From the NCBI GenBank assembly GCA_947254465.1, contig CAMYEU010000001.1:1-33583 (forward strand): DNA of 33,583 nucleotides, written 5' to 3'. The number at the start of each line of letters is the position of its first letter. Within the stretch, counting starts at the first letter, position 1. The position numbers and the translations under genes are program-made. Below, in pieces: positions 1 to 10,500 of the stretch. The DNA comes from an uncultured Gemella sp. Its GTDB lineage: Bacteria; Bacillota; Bacilli; Staphylococcales; Gemellaceae. Below the pieces are notes generated by a model, which was not told where the DNA came from, did not search any database, and saw nothing but the letters and a program-made list of their open reading frames with translations.

Positions 1-19
1 AAAATAAAATTATTATATC

Positions 20-47
20 TTGTCAATAAATTAGGTTAAAATATAAT
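20..47 (+). promoter_or_regulatory. Putative sigma-A promoter for the rep leader
   Basis: TTGTCA (20-25), 16 bp spacer, TATAAT (42-47). Implies a leader of about 265 nt before rep. Confidence 0.55.
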
Positions 48-278
48 AAAAAAATGGGTGTATAATATATTCGTTGATAAAATCAAAGCAAGAAAAATAT
101 TTTAATATTTCTTGAAATACTCGATGTGTAGAATCAATGTATATAGAAAATACAAAAAAATAAAATAGAATAGAAAATAAGTATCATCGGTATTAATATC
201 AACAAATAACTAAATAATTAAATTGATAGTTATAGGTTGTTATACAATGGTGAGTTTATTATATGATAAAGTTAAGAG

Positions 279-306
279 GACAACCTTAAGGGGTTGTCTT
301 TTTTTT
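279..306 (+). terminator. Intrinsic terminator/attenuator immediately upstream of rep
   Basis: GACAACC-ttaagg-GGTTGTC followed by T8, ending 13 nt before the rep ORF. Same position as the Inc18 rep attenuators. Confidence 0.8.
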
Positions 307-319
307 ATTTAAGTAAGAG

Positions 320-1813
320 GTGAGTTTCATAAACGAGTTATATGATTTGATTATAAAGGATGGACTTATGAGATATAAGTTCAAGAATAGTAAGAATAAA
401 AATATCTTGGATTTAGAAGAAGTAAAAGGTTCAGTGTTTGTATTTAGAAGTAAAGAAGATATGAGACATGCCAAGGGGATTGTTTTAACATCGAAAGAAG
501 CAATAAAAGAAAATGAAAATAATATAACTCATTGGACACCTAATATATTTAGATATGGAACATATGCTGATAAGCATAGAAAAATAACTAAGGGTCATTC
601 AGAAAATAATTTGAGACAAATAAATACATTTTATTTAGATTTTGACACTAATGATATAAATGAATGTGATATTTTGTCAGTTTCTTATGAATTAGGATTT
701 ATGCCAACGACAATAATTAAAACAAAAAGAGGATATCAAGCGTATTATATTTTAGAATCTCCTGTTTATGTTACGAAAAATACAGATTATAAAGCTGTAG
801 AAGTGGCAAAAAAGATTTCAACTAATATAAGAAGTTATTTTCATAGACAGAATCTTCCAGTCGATATGATGTGTAATCATTTTGGAATTGCACGATTTCC
901 AACAAAAGAAAATGTTGTATATTTTGATAAGAATAATGTATATAGTTTCTCTGACTGGCTAGATTGGTCTGTTAAAGAAGATGATAGATTAGATAGTAAT
1001 GTAAGAAAAGAATTATATATAATTTCTGGAAGTAAGAGAATTAAGCAAATAAATGAGAAATGGTTCTCTTTGCTTTTAAATATAGACAGCAAATTAAAGG
1101 GGCGTAAGAATTTACTAGGTAGAAATAATGTATTATTCACATTGGCACTAGCTTGCTATTCATCTGGACTGACAGAAGCTGAATGTACAGAAAAATTAGC
1201 GATATTTAATAATAATTTAGATGAATCATTGAAAGCCAATGAATACCGATCGATAATAGCTTCGGCATATTCAAGTAGGTACTCAACAGCGAGTAGAGAT
1301 TATATATTAATGCTTTGTCGAACTTGGGTTGATGAAAATTTGACAAGTAAAGATTTATTTGCTTATCAAGTATGGACTAAATTTAAAAAGAAGCGTACAG
1401 AGCGAAAAAGAAGTCACTATGAAGAATGGGAAAAAGACGTATTAAATTATCTTCATAAAAAAGAAGATGTTTATATAGAAATTAAGAAAAAGGATATAGT
1501 AGAAAATTTAAATATCCCAAAACGAAGTTTAGATATAGTATTAAATAATTTAAAAATTAAAAATATAATATTCTACAAAGCAACCGCAGGACGTTTAGGA
1601 GGTATAAAGATAGCTCTTATGAGGAATCTTTACAGTTACGTCATAACGTTGAAAAATAAAGAAAAGGAAGAGTATATAGCGAAGCTGTCAAGTTACTTTA
1701 AAATAGATAAGAACACATTATATTATTTAATAATGAATTATCAAGCTAATAATTACAAAATACAAGCAACTATATTTGAAGAAGATGTAGGTAAAGAATT
1801 AATTATTAGTTAG
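320..1813 (+). CDS. rep: Inc18-family (RepR/RepE/RepS-like) replication initiator with primase C-terminal (PriCT) domain
   Basis: 497 aa. Motifs THWTPNIFRYGTYAD, KGHSENNLRQINTFYLDFD, CNHFGIAR, GRNNVLFTLALA and KFKKKRTERKR match pIP501 RepR/pAMbeta1 RepE as recalled. The GTG start overlaps the SD-like AGAGGTGA, so the exact start is uncertain. Confidence 0.93.
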   Translation: MSFINELYDLIIKDGLMRYKFKNSKNKNILDLEEVKGSVFVFRSKEDMRHAKGIVLTSKEAIKENENNITHWTPNIFRYGTYADKHRKITKGHSENNLRQINTFYLDFDTNDINECDILSVSYELGFMPTTIIKTKRGYQAYYILESPVYVTKNTDYKAVEVAKKISTNIRSYFHRQNLPVDMMCNHFGIARFPTKENVVYFDKNNVYSFSDWLDWSVKEDDRLDSNVRKELYIISGSKRIKQINEKWFSLLLNIDSKLKGRKNLLGRNNVLFTLALACYSSGLTEAECTEKLAIFNNNLDESLKANEYRSIIASAYSSRYSTASRDYILMLCRTWVDENLTSKDLFAYQVWTKFKKKRTERKRSHYEEWEKDVLNYLHKKEDVYIEIKKKDIVENLNIPKRSLDIVLNNLKIKNIIFYKATAGRLGGIKIALMRNLYSYVITLKNKEKEEYIAKLSSYFKIDKNTLYYLIMNYQANNYKIQATIFEEDVGKELIIS

Positions 1814-1840
1814 ATTTAATAATAAAATAAAAGGTGCAGT

Positions 1841-1870
1841 GTGCCATTACATATATATCTTTGATTATAT
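1841..1870 (+). other. Putative replication origin (Rep-binding site plus AT-rich melting region)
   Basis: GTGCCATTACATATATATCTTTGAT lies 27 bp after the rep stop and resembles the recalled Inc18 ori core TGCCATTACATTTATATCTATGAT, which also sits just downstream of rep. Confidence 0.75.
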
Positions 1871-2163
1871 TTGACCTGAATAAGTCGTTAAACTGTTTGT
1901 ATTGTACTATGAAAATTGAATATATTGCCCCCCTGATTAGAGTAGCCTATCACATAAAAAAAAGAATAAGGGTGGTACAGAGAACTAGAAATACATATCT
2001 AGTGTGAGGCACATAACGTAAAGGCAGTAATTATTATTACTAAGCCGAAGAGGTTTGCAGTTCTTAGACCATAAACTGTTCGTAAGAAGATACCGAAATA
2101 ATCTACGTGATTATTCAGCATAAACGTAAATTCGTATAAACATTCGACTAGGAGGAAATTAAA

Positions 2164-2466
2164 ATGAATGTAAAAACAAATGAAGTAAATTTAAAAGACC
2201 TTAGAGAACTTGGCAAACTTGGAGGAGCAACAGCTCGTCTTATAGATGGTCAAGAAATGATTTTAGAAGAAAATTATGGTTTGATCAGACGTACTGGAAT
2301 AGTATTAGGTAAGGTTAAACCAGTTGAAACTATTGAACGGTACGTAAGTGTATATCCAAATATTAGAACGATAAAATGGAATAATCTTATTGTTGCAAGA
2401 AGAGTAGTAAGAGATGGAAAATCTATTTTAGAGTTAACAGGAAAAGGATATAAGAGAAAAAATTAA
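2164..2466 (+). CDS. Hypothetical basic protein (100 aa)
   Basis: Strong RBS AGGAGG at 2150-2155; no recognised motif. Confidence 0.75.
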   Translation: MNVKTNEVNLKDLRELGKLGGATARLIDGQEMILEENYGLIRRTGIVLGKVKPVETIERYVSVYPNIRTIKWNNLIVARRVVRDGKSILELTGKGYKRKN

Positions 2467-2505
2467 TTATAAACTAAAATTTAAAACTAAGGAGAAAAGA
2501 TAACT

Positions 2506-3252
2506 ATGAAAATTTTAACAATAAATATTAATAAAGGTGGAACAGGAAAAACAACATTATCACACAATTTAGCAGAATATTTAGCTAAAGATAATAGAGT
2601 TTTATTAATGGATTTTGATGACAGTTGTAATTTAACAGGTAGATATAATGTTACACCAAAAGAAGAAAATACAATTATATCATTATTCGATAAAGAGTAT
2701 GTAGAGCCAATTAAAGTTAGAGAAAATTTAGATTTAATCTGTTCATATTATGGAGTAGACTTATTAAAAGAAAGACAAAATGGAAGACGTAGACGAGAAT
2801 ATACTCTTGGAAAATGGATTGCTAAAAATCACGAGAAATTAAGTGGAAATTATGATTATATAATCATTGATACAGAGAATGATGAAGCTATATTAACTAT
2901 AAATGCATTAATTGTATCAGATGTAGTTTTAGGAATAGCAGAGCCAAGTAAAGACGCAGTTGAAGCCTTAATTAAGTTGAAATACTTTGTTAATGATTTG
3001 AATAGTGATTTTGACTCTGAAGCTAAATTATTTTATTTAGGTAACAGAATAAATTTTAGTGAAAATATGTCAAAAGATTTTATAGAAGCGTTGGAGAGGA
3101 AAGAAGAATATTTAGGTTATATACCTAGAAGAACCATGATAGGTGATGATATTGCTGTATTTAATAATCCAAAGGTAGATAAGAAATTAAAAAAAGAACT
3201 TGAAAGTTTGTTTATTAAAATTAAAAGTGAACTAGACAAGGAGAATGAATAA
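2506..3252 (+). CDS. parA: ParA-family partition ATPase (type Ib, no N-terminal HTH)
   Basis: Deviant Walker A KGGTGKTT, A' LLMDFDDSCNLT, Walker B YDYIIIDT; RBS AAGGAG. Confidence 0.95.
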   Translation: MKILTININKGGTGKTTLSHNLAEYLAKDNRVLLMDFDDSCNLTGRYNVTPKEENTIISLFDKEYVEPIKVRENLDLICSYYGVDLLKERQNGRRRREYTLGKWIAKNHEKLSGNYDYIIIDTENDEAILTINALIVSDVVLGIAEPSKDAVEALIKLKYFVNDLNSDFDSEAKLFYLGNRINFSENMSKDFIEALERKEEYLGYIPRRTMIGDDIAVFNNPKVDKKLKKELESLFIKIKSELDKENE

Positions 3253-3500
3253 TGTCAAAATTCAATAAATTTTTAGAAGAAGAGAAAGAAACAAGGTCAA
3301 GGAGTAATAAAATTACCGAAAAAATAACTACTTTAAACTATTCATCTCTTAAAATAAAATTAGATACTTTGGATAAATTAAGAAAATTAAAACTTGTAAC
3401 AAAGGAACAAAGTTATTCAACACTTATTAATGAAATGATAGAAGTGTATATAACTCAACTTTCACCAGAAGAACAACGAAATATAAAAATGTTGCTGTAA
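3252..3500 (+). CDS. Small putative centromere-binding (ribbon-helix-helix-like) partner of ParA
   Basis: 82 aa, TAATG overlap with parA. Flexible N-terminus then a strand-helix-helix pattern (SSLKIKLDTLDKLRKLK...SYSTLINEMIE). Confidence 0.65.
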   Translation: MSKFNKFLEEEKETRSRSNKITEKITTLNYSSLKIKLDTLDKLRKLKLVTKEQSYSTLINEMIEVYITQLSPEEQRNIKMLL

Positions 3501-3507
3501 CAGTAAG

Positions 3508-3543
3508 AAAAGACTTTAGAGAGATACTCTACAGTCTTTTTTT
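3508..3543 (+). terminator. Intrinsic terminator after the par genes
   Basis: AAAAGACT-t-TAGAG-agata-CTCTA-c-AGTCTTTT followed by more Ts. Confidence 0.8.
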
Positions 3544-3613
3544 ATTTTTAAAAATTTTATTAAAATATAATACTTAATAAAATAAATTTAGTGTAATTAT
3601 TAGGAGCAAAATA

Positions 3614-3874
3614 ATGAGTAAAGAATTAAAAAAACAAAATGACTCAAATGAGTTTAAATGTAAAATTGTAAAAAAAATTGGAATTATTTCCGTGAATACT
3701 CAAGGGTGGACTAAGGAAGTAAATTTAGTGTCATACAACGGTAAGAAAGCAGTTGTTGATATTAGAATATGGTCACCTAGTAAAAAAATGAGTAAAGGGA
3801 TAACCATAGATAAGAAAGACCTTAATAGGTTAATAGAATTATTAAAAGAAGTAGAAAAAAAGGAGATAAAGTAA
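3614..3874 (+). CDS. ydbC: PC4/YdbC-family single-stranded DNA-binding protein
   Basis: GWTKEVNLVSYNG...DIRIWSP..KMSKGITI signature; RBS AGGAG. Confidence 0.88.
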   Translation: MSKELKKQNDSNEFKCKIVKKIGIISVNTQGWTKEVNLVSYNGKKAVVDIRIWSPSKKMSKGITIDKKDLNRLIELLKEVEKKEIK

Positions 3875-3875
3875 C

Positions 3876-4103
3876 ATGGATGCAGTAATAAAAGTAATAA
3901 ACATAATTGGAAGTGCAGGAGCAGTAGTAGGAATTGTATGGTCATTAATAGGAGCGTATCAATTTTTCCAAGGAAGAAAGAACAGTGATAAAAACCGTAT
4001 GGACGATGGATTAGAAGGTATTATTAACGGAGCTTTAATTGGAATAGTTGTAAAAGGACTTGCAACAGCAGGAGTTGCAGCACTTCAAGGAATCACATTC
4101 TAG
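3876..4103 (+). CDS. Small two-helix membrane protein, VirB2/pilin-like T4SS subunit
   Basis: 75 aa with two hydrophobic segments around a charged loop; first gene of the T4SS block. Confidence 0.65.
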   Translation: MDAVIKVINIIGSAGAVVGIVWSLIGAYQFFQGRKNSDKNRMDDGLEGIINGALIGIVVKGLATAGVAALQGITF

Positions 4104-4112
4104 GTGTAGTAT

Positions 4113-4862
4113 ATGGATATTAATATTGAAACTTTAACAAGAAATTTATCCGAATATTCTATGGAGGCTAACAATGCTTCAATAGCTATATCTAAAGGGC
4201 TTCAACCTGTAGGTATAGCTATATTAATAATATTTTTTTGTGTAGAGCTTTTAAGTTGGAAAAACCTTTTAAATAAAAATGATAAAAAACTTGTAGTAGG
4301 ATTATGGGGAGAATTTTCTTTGAAATATTTAATAGGATTTATCTTATTAATGTCAGCACCATATATTCTAGATGCTATTATGGATATTTCAATATTAATT
4401 ACTAAAAAAATAAATTCTATATATCCACCTAGTACATATTCTGTTAAATATGACGAGGCAGACTACGGAGGTTGGTTTTTAAATGCAATATTAAATGGAG
4501 TTGGTTATATTTTAGAAAAAATTGCCAAAGCCATTGTATTTATTTTGATTTTCATGAGATATATAGATTTATATTTTTTAAAGGCATTAGCTCCTATTTT
4601 AATAGGATTTTACTTTTCTGATGAATTTAGAGGAGTAGTGATGAATTATTTTAAAACATTCATAGCATATAGTTTATTAGGAGTTGTTTTATTGCTTATA
4701 ACAGTAATATTTGGAATGGTGATAACTCAAGATTTTATAAAGGTTGCGACTAATAACGACAGTGCATGGACTGGATTTTTAATATTGATTAAAGAAGTAA
4801 TTTATATCTTGTTAATAGCTGGTTCAGTAACTAAAACTAAGAGATTGGTAGGTGTGCAGTAA
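4113..4862 (+). CDS. VirB6/TrbL-like polytopic T4SS membrane protein
   Basis: About five TM segments; RYIDLYFLKALAPILIGF motif; position before prgI and virB4. Confidence 0.8.
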   Translation: MDINIETLTRNLSEYSMEANNASIAISKGLQPVGIAILIIFFCVELLSWKNLLNKNDKKLVVGLWGEFSLKYLIGFILLMSAPYILDAIMDISILITKKINSIYPPSTYSVKYDEADYGGWFLNAILNGVGYILEKIAKAIVFILIFMRYIDLYFLKALAPILIGFYFSDEFRGVVMNYFKTFIAYSLLGVVLLLITVIFGMVITQDFIKVATNNDSAWTGFLILIKEVIYILLIAGSVTKTKRLVGVQ

Positions 4863-5194
4863 TGAGTAAATTAGGTTCAGAATTTATAGATGATTTTGAA
4901 AAAGACGATACTGGTTTAAGTGGAATAAACAAAAGAAGAATATCTCTAATTTTTGGTATTGTAACACAAGTAGCGTTAACAGTTGGAATATCTTATCTTG
5001 AACTACCAGATATTATTTATGAAATATACTTCATAATAGTAACTTTTCCTGCGGTATTTTATGGTATAAATGCGAGTGAAATGTTGCAGTTAAAAGGGAG
5101 AATACATTTTTTCTTTTTAGAAAGGAAAAGAGTCTACCGAATGGAGTTAGAAGAATTAGAAGAAAATGAGGAGAAAGGAGATGAGGGAAGTTAA
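4862..5194 (+). CDS. prgI: PrgI/VirB3-like T4SS membrane protein
   Basis: 110 aa, two TM segments, translationally coupled to neighbours, directly upstream of virB4. Confidence 0.65.
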   Translation: MSKLGSEFIDDFEKDDTGLSGINKRRISLIFGIVTQVALTVGISYLELPDIIYEIYFIIVTFPAVFYGINASEMLQLKGRIHFFFLERKRVYRMELEELEENEEKGDEGS

Positions 5195-7569
5195 TGTTTT
5201 TCAAAATAAAACGAGATTATGGTAACGATGTAACTCAAGAAAAAAAGGTAAGAAAAGCAAAGAAAAGAAAAACTAAAAAGACATTATTACCAACCACACA
5301 GGATACTATAAGATTTAAAAATATTTATGAAGATGGAATAATGAATATTAATAAAGATTGGTATTCTAATACTTTTAAACTTGGTGATGTTGAATATATC
5401 ACAGCACGACAAGAAGATAAAATTAGTATTATAGATAGTTATGCTGATGCATTAAATCTATTAGAAGGTGGATCAAATTTTCAGCTTTTAGTTATGAACA
5501 AAAGGGTTACCAAGGAGAAGTTGGATAGTGTAAAATATCAAATTCAAGATGATAACTATGATGTTTATAGGGAAGAATATAATAAGCTTATAGAAAATAG
5601 ATTTAGAAGTAATTCAAAAGCGTTTGAAGTTAATAAGTATATAACTATAGCTATTGAAGGAGTAGAAACCGAACAGGCAAGAAGACAACTTAGTGATATT
5701 TCAAAAGATTTAACTTCGCATTTTAGTGAAATGGATATTACATTTCAGAAGTTAAATGGTGTTGAGCGATTAGCCCTATTTAACGAACTTTTGAATGATG
5801 AACAATTCAATTATAATTTTTTTGATATTGAAGAAAGTAATCTTTCTGAAAAATCATTTATTGCACCTCAAACAATAGATATAAATGAAAATTATCTACA
5901 AATAAATGATAAATTCACAAAAATAATGTATATTAAAACTTTTCCAAAATCATTAGGAGATAAACTTATAAAAAATCTAACTAATCTTAGTTTTGAAATA
6001 ATAATAAGTTTGAACTTAAATCTTTATGAAGATGAAGAAATCTCAAAGGAAATAGACGATGTAGAAACTAAAGCCTTGATTAATTTGGTTAAATCACAGA
6101 AAAAAGCTAGTAAAGATGGAATATTTTTATCAGAGGAATTTATAGGAGCTGGTAGAGATAAGGTTAATACAAAACTTACACGAAAGTGGAAAGAAGAAAT
6201 AGAAGACTATGATCAGAAAATATTTAAAGGATTTTTTGCGGTATATTTAAAAGCTGATAGTCTTGAACAACTCAAGGATTATGAAAGCCAAGTTAGGCGT
6301 GCTGGTAATAAATTAGGTGTTAAATTTGATGATATTTATTATTATCAAGAAGAAGCATTGAATACCATTTTGCCTATTGGTGATAATTTTGTAGATTCAC
6401 AGAGAAAAGTATCAAGAAGAATGACTACAAGTAATGTAGCTACACAAGTTCCGTTTACACAAGTTGATGTAATTTCTCATTCCCCTAAAGCCATGTATTA
6501 TGGTCAAAATCAGCTTTCAAATAATATGATAACGATTGATAGGAAGCGTGATTTACTTACAGGAAGTGGAGTTATAACTGGAGTAAGTGGTAGTGGTAAA
6601 TCAATGGCTGTTAAAATTAATGAGATTATTCCTAATTTATTGCGTTATCCAGATGATGAAATTATTATCGTTGACCCGGAGAATGAATATGGGGACATTG
6701 GTTATAAGTTTAATGCACAAGTAATTGATTTATCTATAGGTTCAGATACTTACATTAATGTTCTTGATTTACCAGATGAACGAAAACTTGATGAAATAGA
6801 TAGAAGAAAAGTTATAGAAAATAAGTCAAATTTAATAACAACTTTCTTCGAAGACATACTAGAAGATTTGACCGATAAGCAAATAACGATTATTGATAGG
6901 GTAACACGACAAGTTTATAAGTTTTTTAAAAATCCTACATTAAAAGAGTGGCATAAAGTATTAGTCAATCAGCCAGAGATGGAAGCACAAGAATTAGCGT
7001 TACAGGTAGAAATTTATACGATAGGTTCACAATCATTATTTTCAAATAGAACAAATGTGAACTTAGAGAATAAATTTATAGTATTTAATTTAAATAACCT
7101 ATCTGGGAAACTAAAACCATTAGCTTTATCAGTTATTCAAGATTTTATATGGAATAAAGTAGTAAAAAATAGAGGTAAGAGGGATTCATGGTTATATTTT
7201 GATGAGCTTCAACTTTATTTTAGAACACAAAAACAAGCAACATTCTTTACAGAACTATATTCAAGGGTGCGTAAATATGGAGCTATTCCTACAGGAATAA
7301 CACAAAATGTTGAAACTATAAATAATATTGAAGAAGGACGTAAGTTACTATCAAATAGTGAATTTATGGTAATTCTTAAACAAAAGAAAAATGATATCGC
7401 AGTTTGGAAAGAAATTATCTCTTTAACAGAGGAGCAAATAAAGTATATAGCTAGTCCAAAGGCTAAAGGAACAGGTATTATTTATGCTGGAGGTGTAGTA
7501 GTTCCCTTTGAAAATCCAATACCAAAAGAATCAAAATTATTCAAACTGGTAGAAACGGACGCATACTAA
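5194..7569 (+). CDS. virB4: VirB4-like conjugation ATPase (PrgJ/TraE family)
   Basis: Walker A GVSGSGKS, IIVDPENEY, Walker B WLYFDELQ, RVRKYGAIPTGITQN. Confidence 0.96.
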   Translation: MFFKIKRDYGNDVTQEKKVRKAKKRKTKKTLLPTTQDTIRFKNIYEDGIMNINKDWYSNTFKLGDVEYITARQEDKISIIDSYADALNLLEGGSNFQLLVMNKRVTKEKLDSVKYQIQDDNYDVYREEYNKLIENRFRSNSKAFEVNKYITIAIEGVETEQARRQLSDISKDLTSHFSEMDITFQKLNGVERLALFNELLNDEQFNYNFFDIEESNLSEKSFIAPQTIDINENYLQINDKFTKIMYIKTFPKSLGDKLIKNLTNLSFEIIISLNLNLYEDEEISKEIDDVETKALINLVKSQKKASKDGIFLSEEFIGAGRDKVNTKLTRKWKEEIEDYDQKIFKGFFAVYLKADSLEQLKDYESQVRRAGNKLGVKFDDIYYYQEEALNTILPIGDNFVDSQRKVSRRMTTSNVATQVPFTQVDVISHSPKAMYYGQNQLSNNMITIDRKRDLLTGSGVITGVSGSGKSMAVKINEIIPNLLRYPDDEIIIVDPENEYGDIGYKFNAQVIDLSIGSDTYINVLDLPDERKLDEIDRRKVIENKSNLITTFFEDILEDLTDKQITIIDRVTRQVYKFFKNPTLKEWHKVLVNQPEMEAQELALQVEIYTIGSQSLFSNRTNVNLENKFIVFNLNNLSGKLKPLALSVIQDFIWNKVVKNRGKRDSWLYFDELQLYFRTQKQATFFTELYSRVRKYGAIPTGITQNVETINNIEEGRKLLSNSEFMVILKQKKNDIAVWKEIISLTEEQIKYIASPKAKGTGIIYAGGVVVPFENPIPKESKLFKLVETDAY

Positions 7570-7570
7570 A

Positions 7571-10500
7571 ATGAGTAAGTATAGAATAAAAAGACGAGAT
7601 AAAGATGAACTTAAATCTTTAAAGTCTGATATAAAAGCAGAAAAAACAAGATATTCTATATTAAAAGAAGAGTATAAAGAAGTACAAAGAGAACAAAAAT
7701 TACAGCCGAGCAATAACACAAGAACAAATAAAACTAGTTACAGAGCTAATATAAAGTCAGAAAAAACAAATAATTATACGTCTAATACTATTTCTAGAAG
7801 TAGTAAAGGTAGTAATAGTGAGAAACTAACTTCTAGAAATAGTTACTCTATGGATAATAATTTAAAAACGAAAAAATCAAGTAGAGAAGAGTACCTTAAA
7901 AATAATAAGAGAAAAGAATATTTAAAAAATAGTACTAGAAGTAGAGTACTAAAGCAGAAAAATGAAGATAGTATTGCAAAAAAAGTGAAAGAACAAGAGA
8001 ATTTTTATTTAGATGATAGTAGTTTTAGAAAAGAAAACTCTAAAATATTAGATATTGATAATAATTCGAACAGTACTTCTTCAAGAGAATATTATAAAAC
8101 TAAAGCATTAAAGCAAAGAAATGAACGATATTCAAAAGAAAAATTTAAAAACGACAGATTAAGAAAAGACAATTCAAGGAAAATTTTCTATGCAAATAGA
8201 AAAACTAATCATCTTGATAAAACTAGAATAAGTGACCCAGAATCTAATTCAGGAATTAAAAATCAACAAGTTAATGAACTTAAAGAAGATTTAAAAGAAC
8301 AAAAATCAGCTTTAAAATTAAAGAAAAAAGAATATCGCAAAAAGAAAAAAATATACAAACGAAAATATCAGAGTAAGATAAAAAGAAAAGTAAAAGAAGG
8401 GTTAAAAGGAGCAGTTTCACAGACATATGCTATTGAAAGCGTACTGAATAAAGATGAAGATCTTGCTAGATATGTAAAAGCAAAAAATAAATACGGTGCA
8501 GTAAGGTACGAAGTCGAAAAATATGGAAGATTGGGAAAAGAAGTTGTAAAAAAAACCTCTAAATTTACCTATGGAGTAGGAAATAGAACTTATAATCTAA
8601 AAAATGGACGTGGGTTCACACGAACGCCTAAGCGGTTTACTTGGCAATACAAACTAAAACAAAAGATTTTAGCTAATAAGAAATACCAACGAGCAAAACA
8701 AGTAAAAAATACAGCTTCTAAAGTAACCAGACCTTTTACAAAACCTGTAGGGAAATTAGTGAAAAATGTCTATAAAAATCCACTTGGTAGAAAAGGTTTA
8801 TTAAGTCTATTAGCATTAATAGTACTTATAAGTATGTTTATGAGTTCAGTTTCTCCCTCAAGAATGAATGAGTGGGAAATGAATGATACTTGGTTATATT
8901 TTACAAAACTTGATAGAGAAAAGTCGACTGATAAAGTTATTTATTATTCAGATGTTGAGGATTATGTTTATTATTTGAACTATCGCTATGATAAAACTGT
9001 AAAACAAATATATGGTGACCCTTCTGCATATAAAGATAAACACTTACCACATACAAGGCAAGGTAGAACGTTTTTAGAAGGTATGTGGGAATTTTTAAAT
9101 GGTGATAAAGACAATTTGAAAACCATTGATAATCTTGTAAATGATGATGGGGAATATGGTTTAGATGAAAAAGAGAGAAAAGAGTGGAAGCAACTTGTTG
9201 AAATATCAAAAGATACTGGGCGATTTCCATTTGCTAGAGAATTAGATAATTTTCTCTTTGATAAAAAAGATTCTAAATACAAATTGCCTATGAAGGTTTT
9301 AGAACGATATGGTTATAAAGATAAAGACAATATATCTGATACGACAACTTTTCAAGCAGACCCAAATCAATATATTTATGCTTCAATGACCGGGAAAGTT
9401 TCGATAGACGGTAACGATGTATCGATAGAACAAGGTCGTAAAAGAATTACATATTATGATCTTCAAAATATAAGAGTTACTGCAGGAGAACAAGCTCTAA
9501 GAAATGAAATAATAGGGCAGGTTAAACAAGAAGGTAAGCAGGCTGTAAAATATGAAAAACTAAAAGATAATAATGGTAAGCAGGAATGGACGTCAGTTAA
9601 TATAGGTTTTTATCTACCGAGTATTCAATACATGCAAAAAACAGAAGTGATAAGAGACTTAGGATTAAGTGGTGACAAATTAGGACGAATAAGAGAGTTT
9701 GTAGATCTTGTAAAAAAATATGAACCTAATGCAACGAATGAGGGGTTAGCTGCTATACTAGGAGTTTTTGATATAGAAAGTGGAGTGCAACCTAAACGAG
9801 CAGAAGGAGATTATTTACCACAGCCGATAGGAGCGAGTGATAATTCATGGGACGATGAAAACTGGTTATCTATTGGTGGACCTCAAATATATAATGGACG
9901 ATTCCCAAATATAGTACATCGAGGTTTAGGATTAGGACAATTTACTGATACTGCAGATGGTAGTAGAAGACATACAATGTTATTAGATTTTGCAAAAGAA
10001 AAAAATTCTAAATGGTATTATATGGACTTACAAGTAGATTTTATTTTCAATGGTGATTCACCGTATTATAGACAAGTATTTAGAAATATTGTAACTTCAC
10101 AAGATAGTGTAGAAAGCCTAGTAGCAAGATTTTTAAAAGACTGGGAAGGGGGATATACCGATAAATTAGAATCAAGAATAGAAAGGGCAAAAGATTTATT
10201 TAGATACCTAAAATCTGGAGGAGGAACCGCAGGACACTTTAAAGATAAATCAGACCAAGAACTTTGGAACAAAGTTGCTTCAACACATGGTAGTTTAGCA
10301 GGTTCTGGCGGATTACAACCTCATGTATCACAAATGAGAGCTTTCTTAATGGAGAAATTTGAGTTGAGTGTTATAGGTGGGTATCGTGCTGGAGATAGTG
10401 ATGGAACTCATCATGGACATGGAGATGGATTAGCACTTGATTTAATGCTTCCAGTAGGAGATCCTAAAGGACATGTAATTACTAATTACTTAGTAGAGAA

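Noticed and set aside
74..114. Dyads TTGAT-aaa-ATCAA and CAAGAAA...TTTCTTG as Cop operators
   Set aside because: Short and AT-rich, no cop gene in the window, and they could be leader RNA hairpins or chance.
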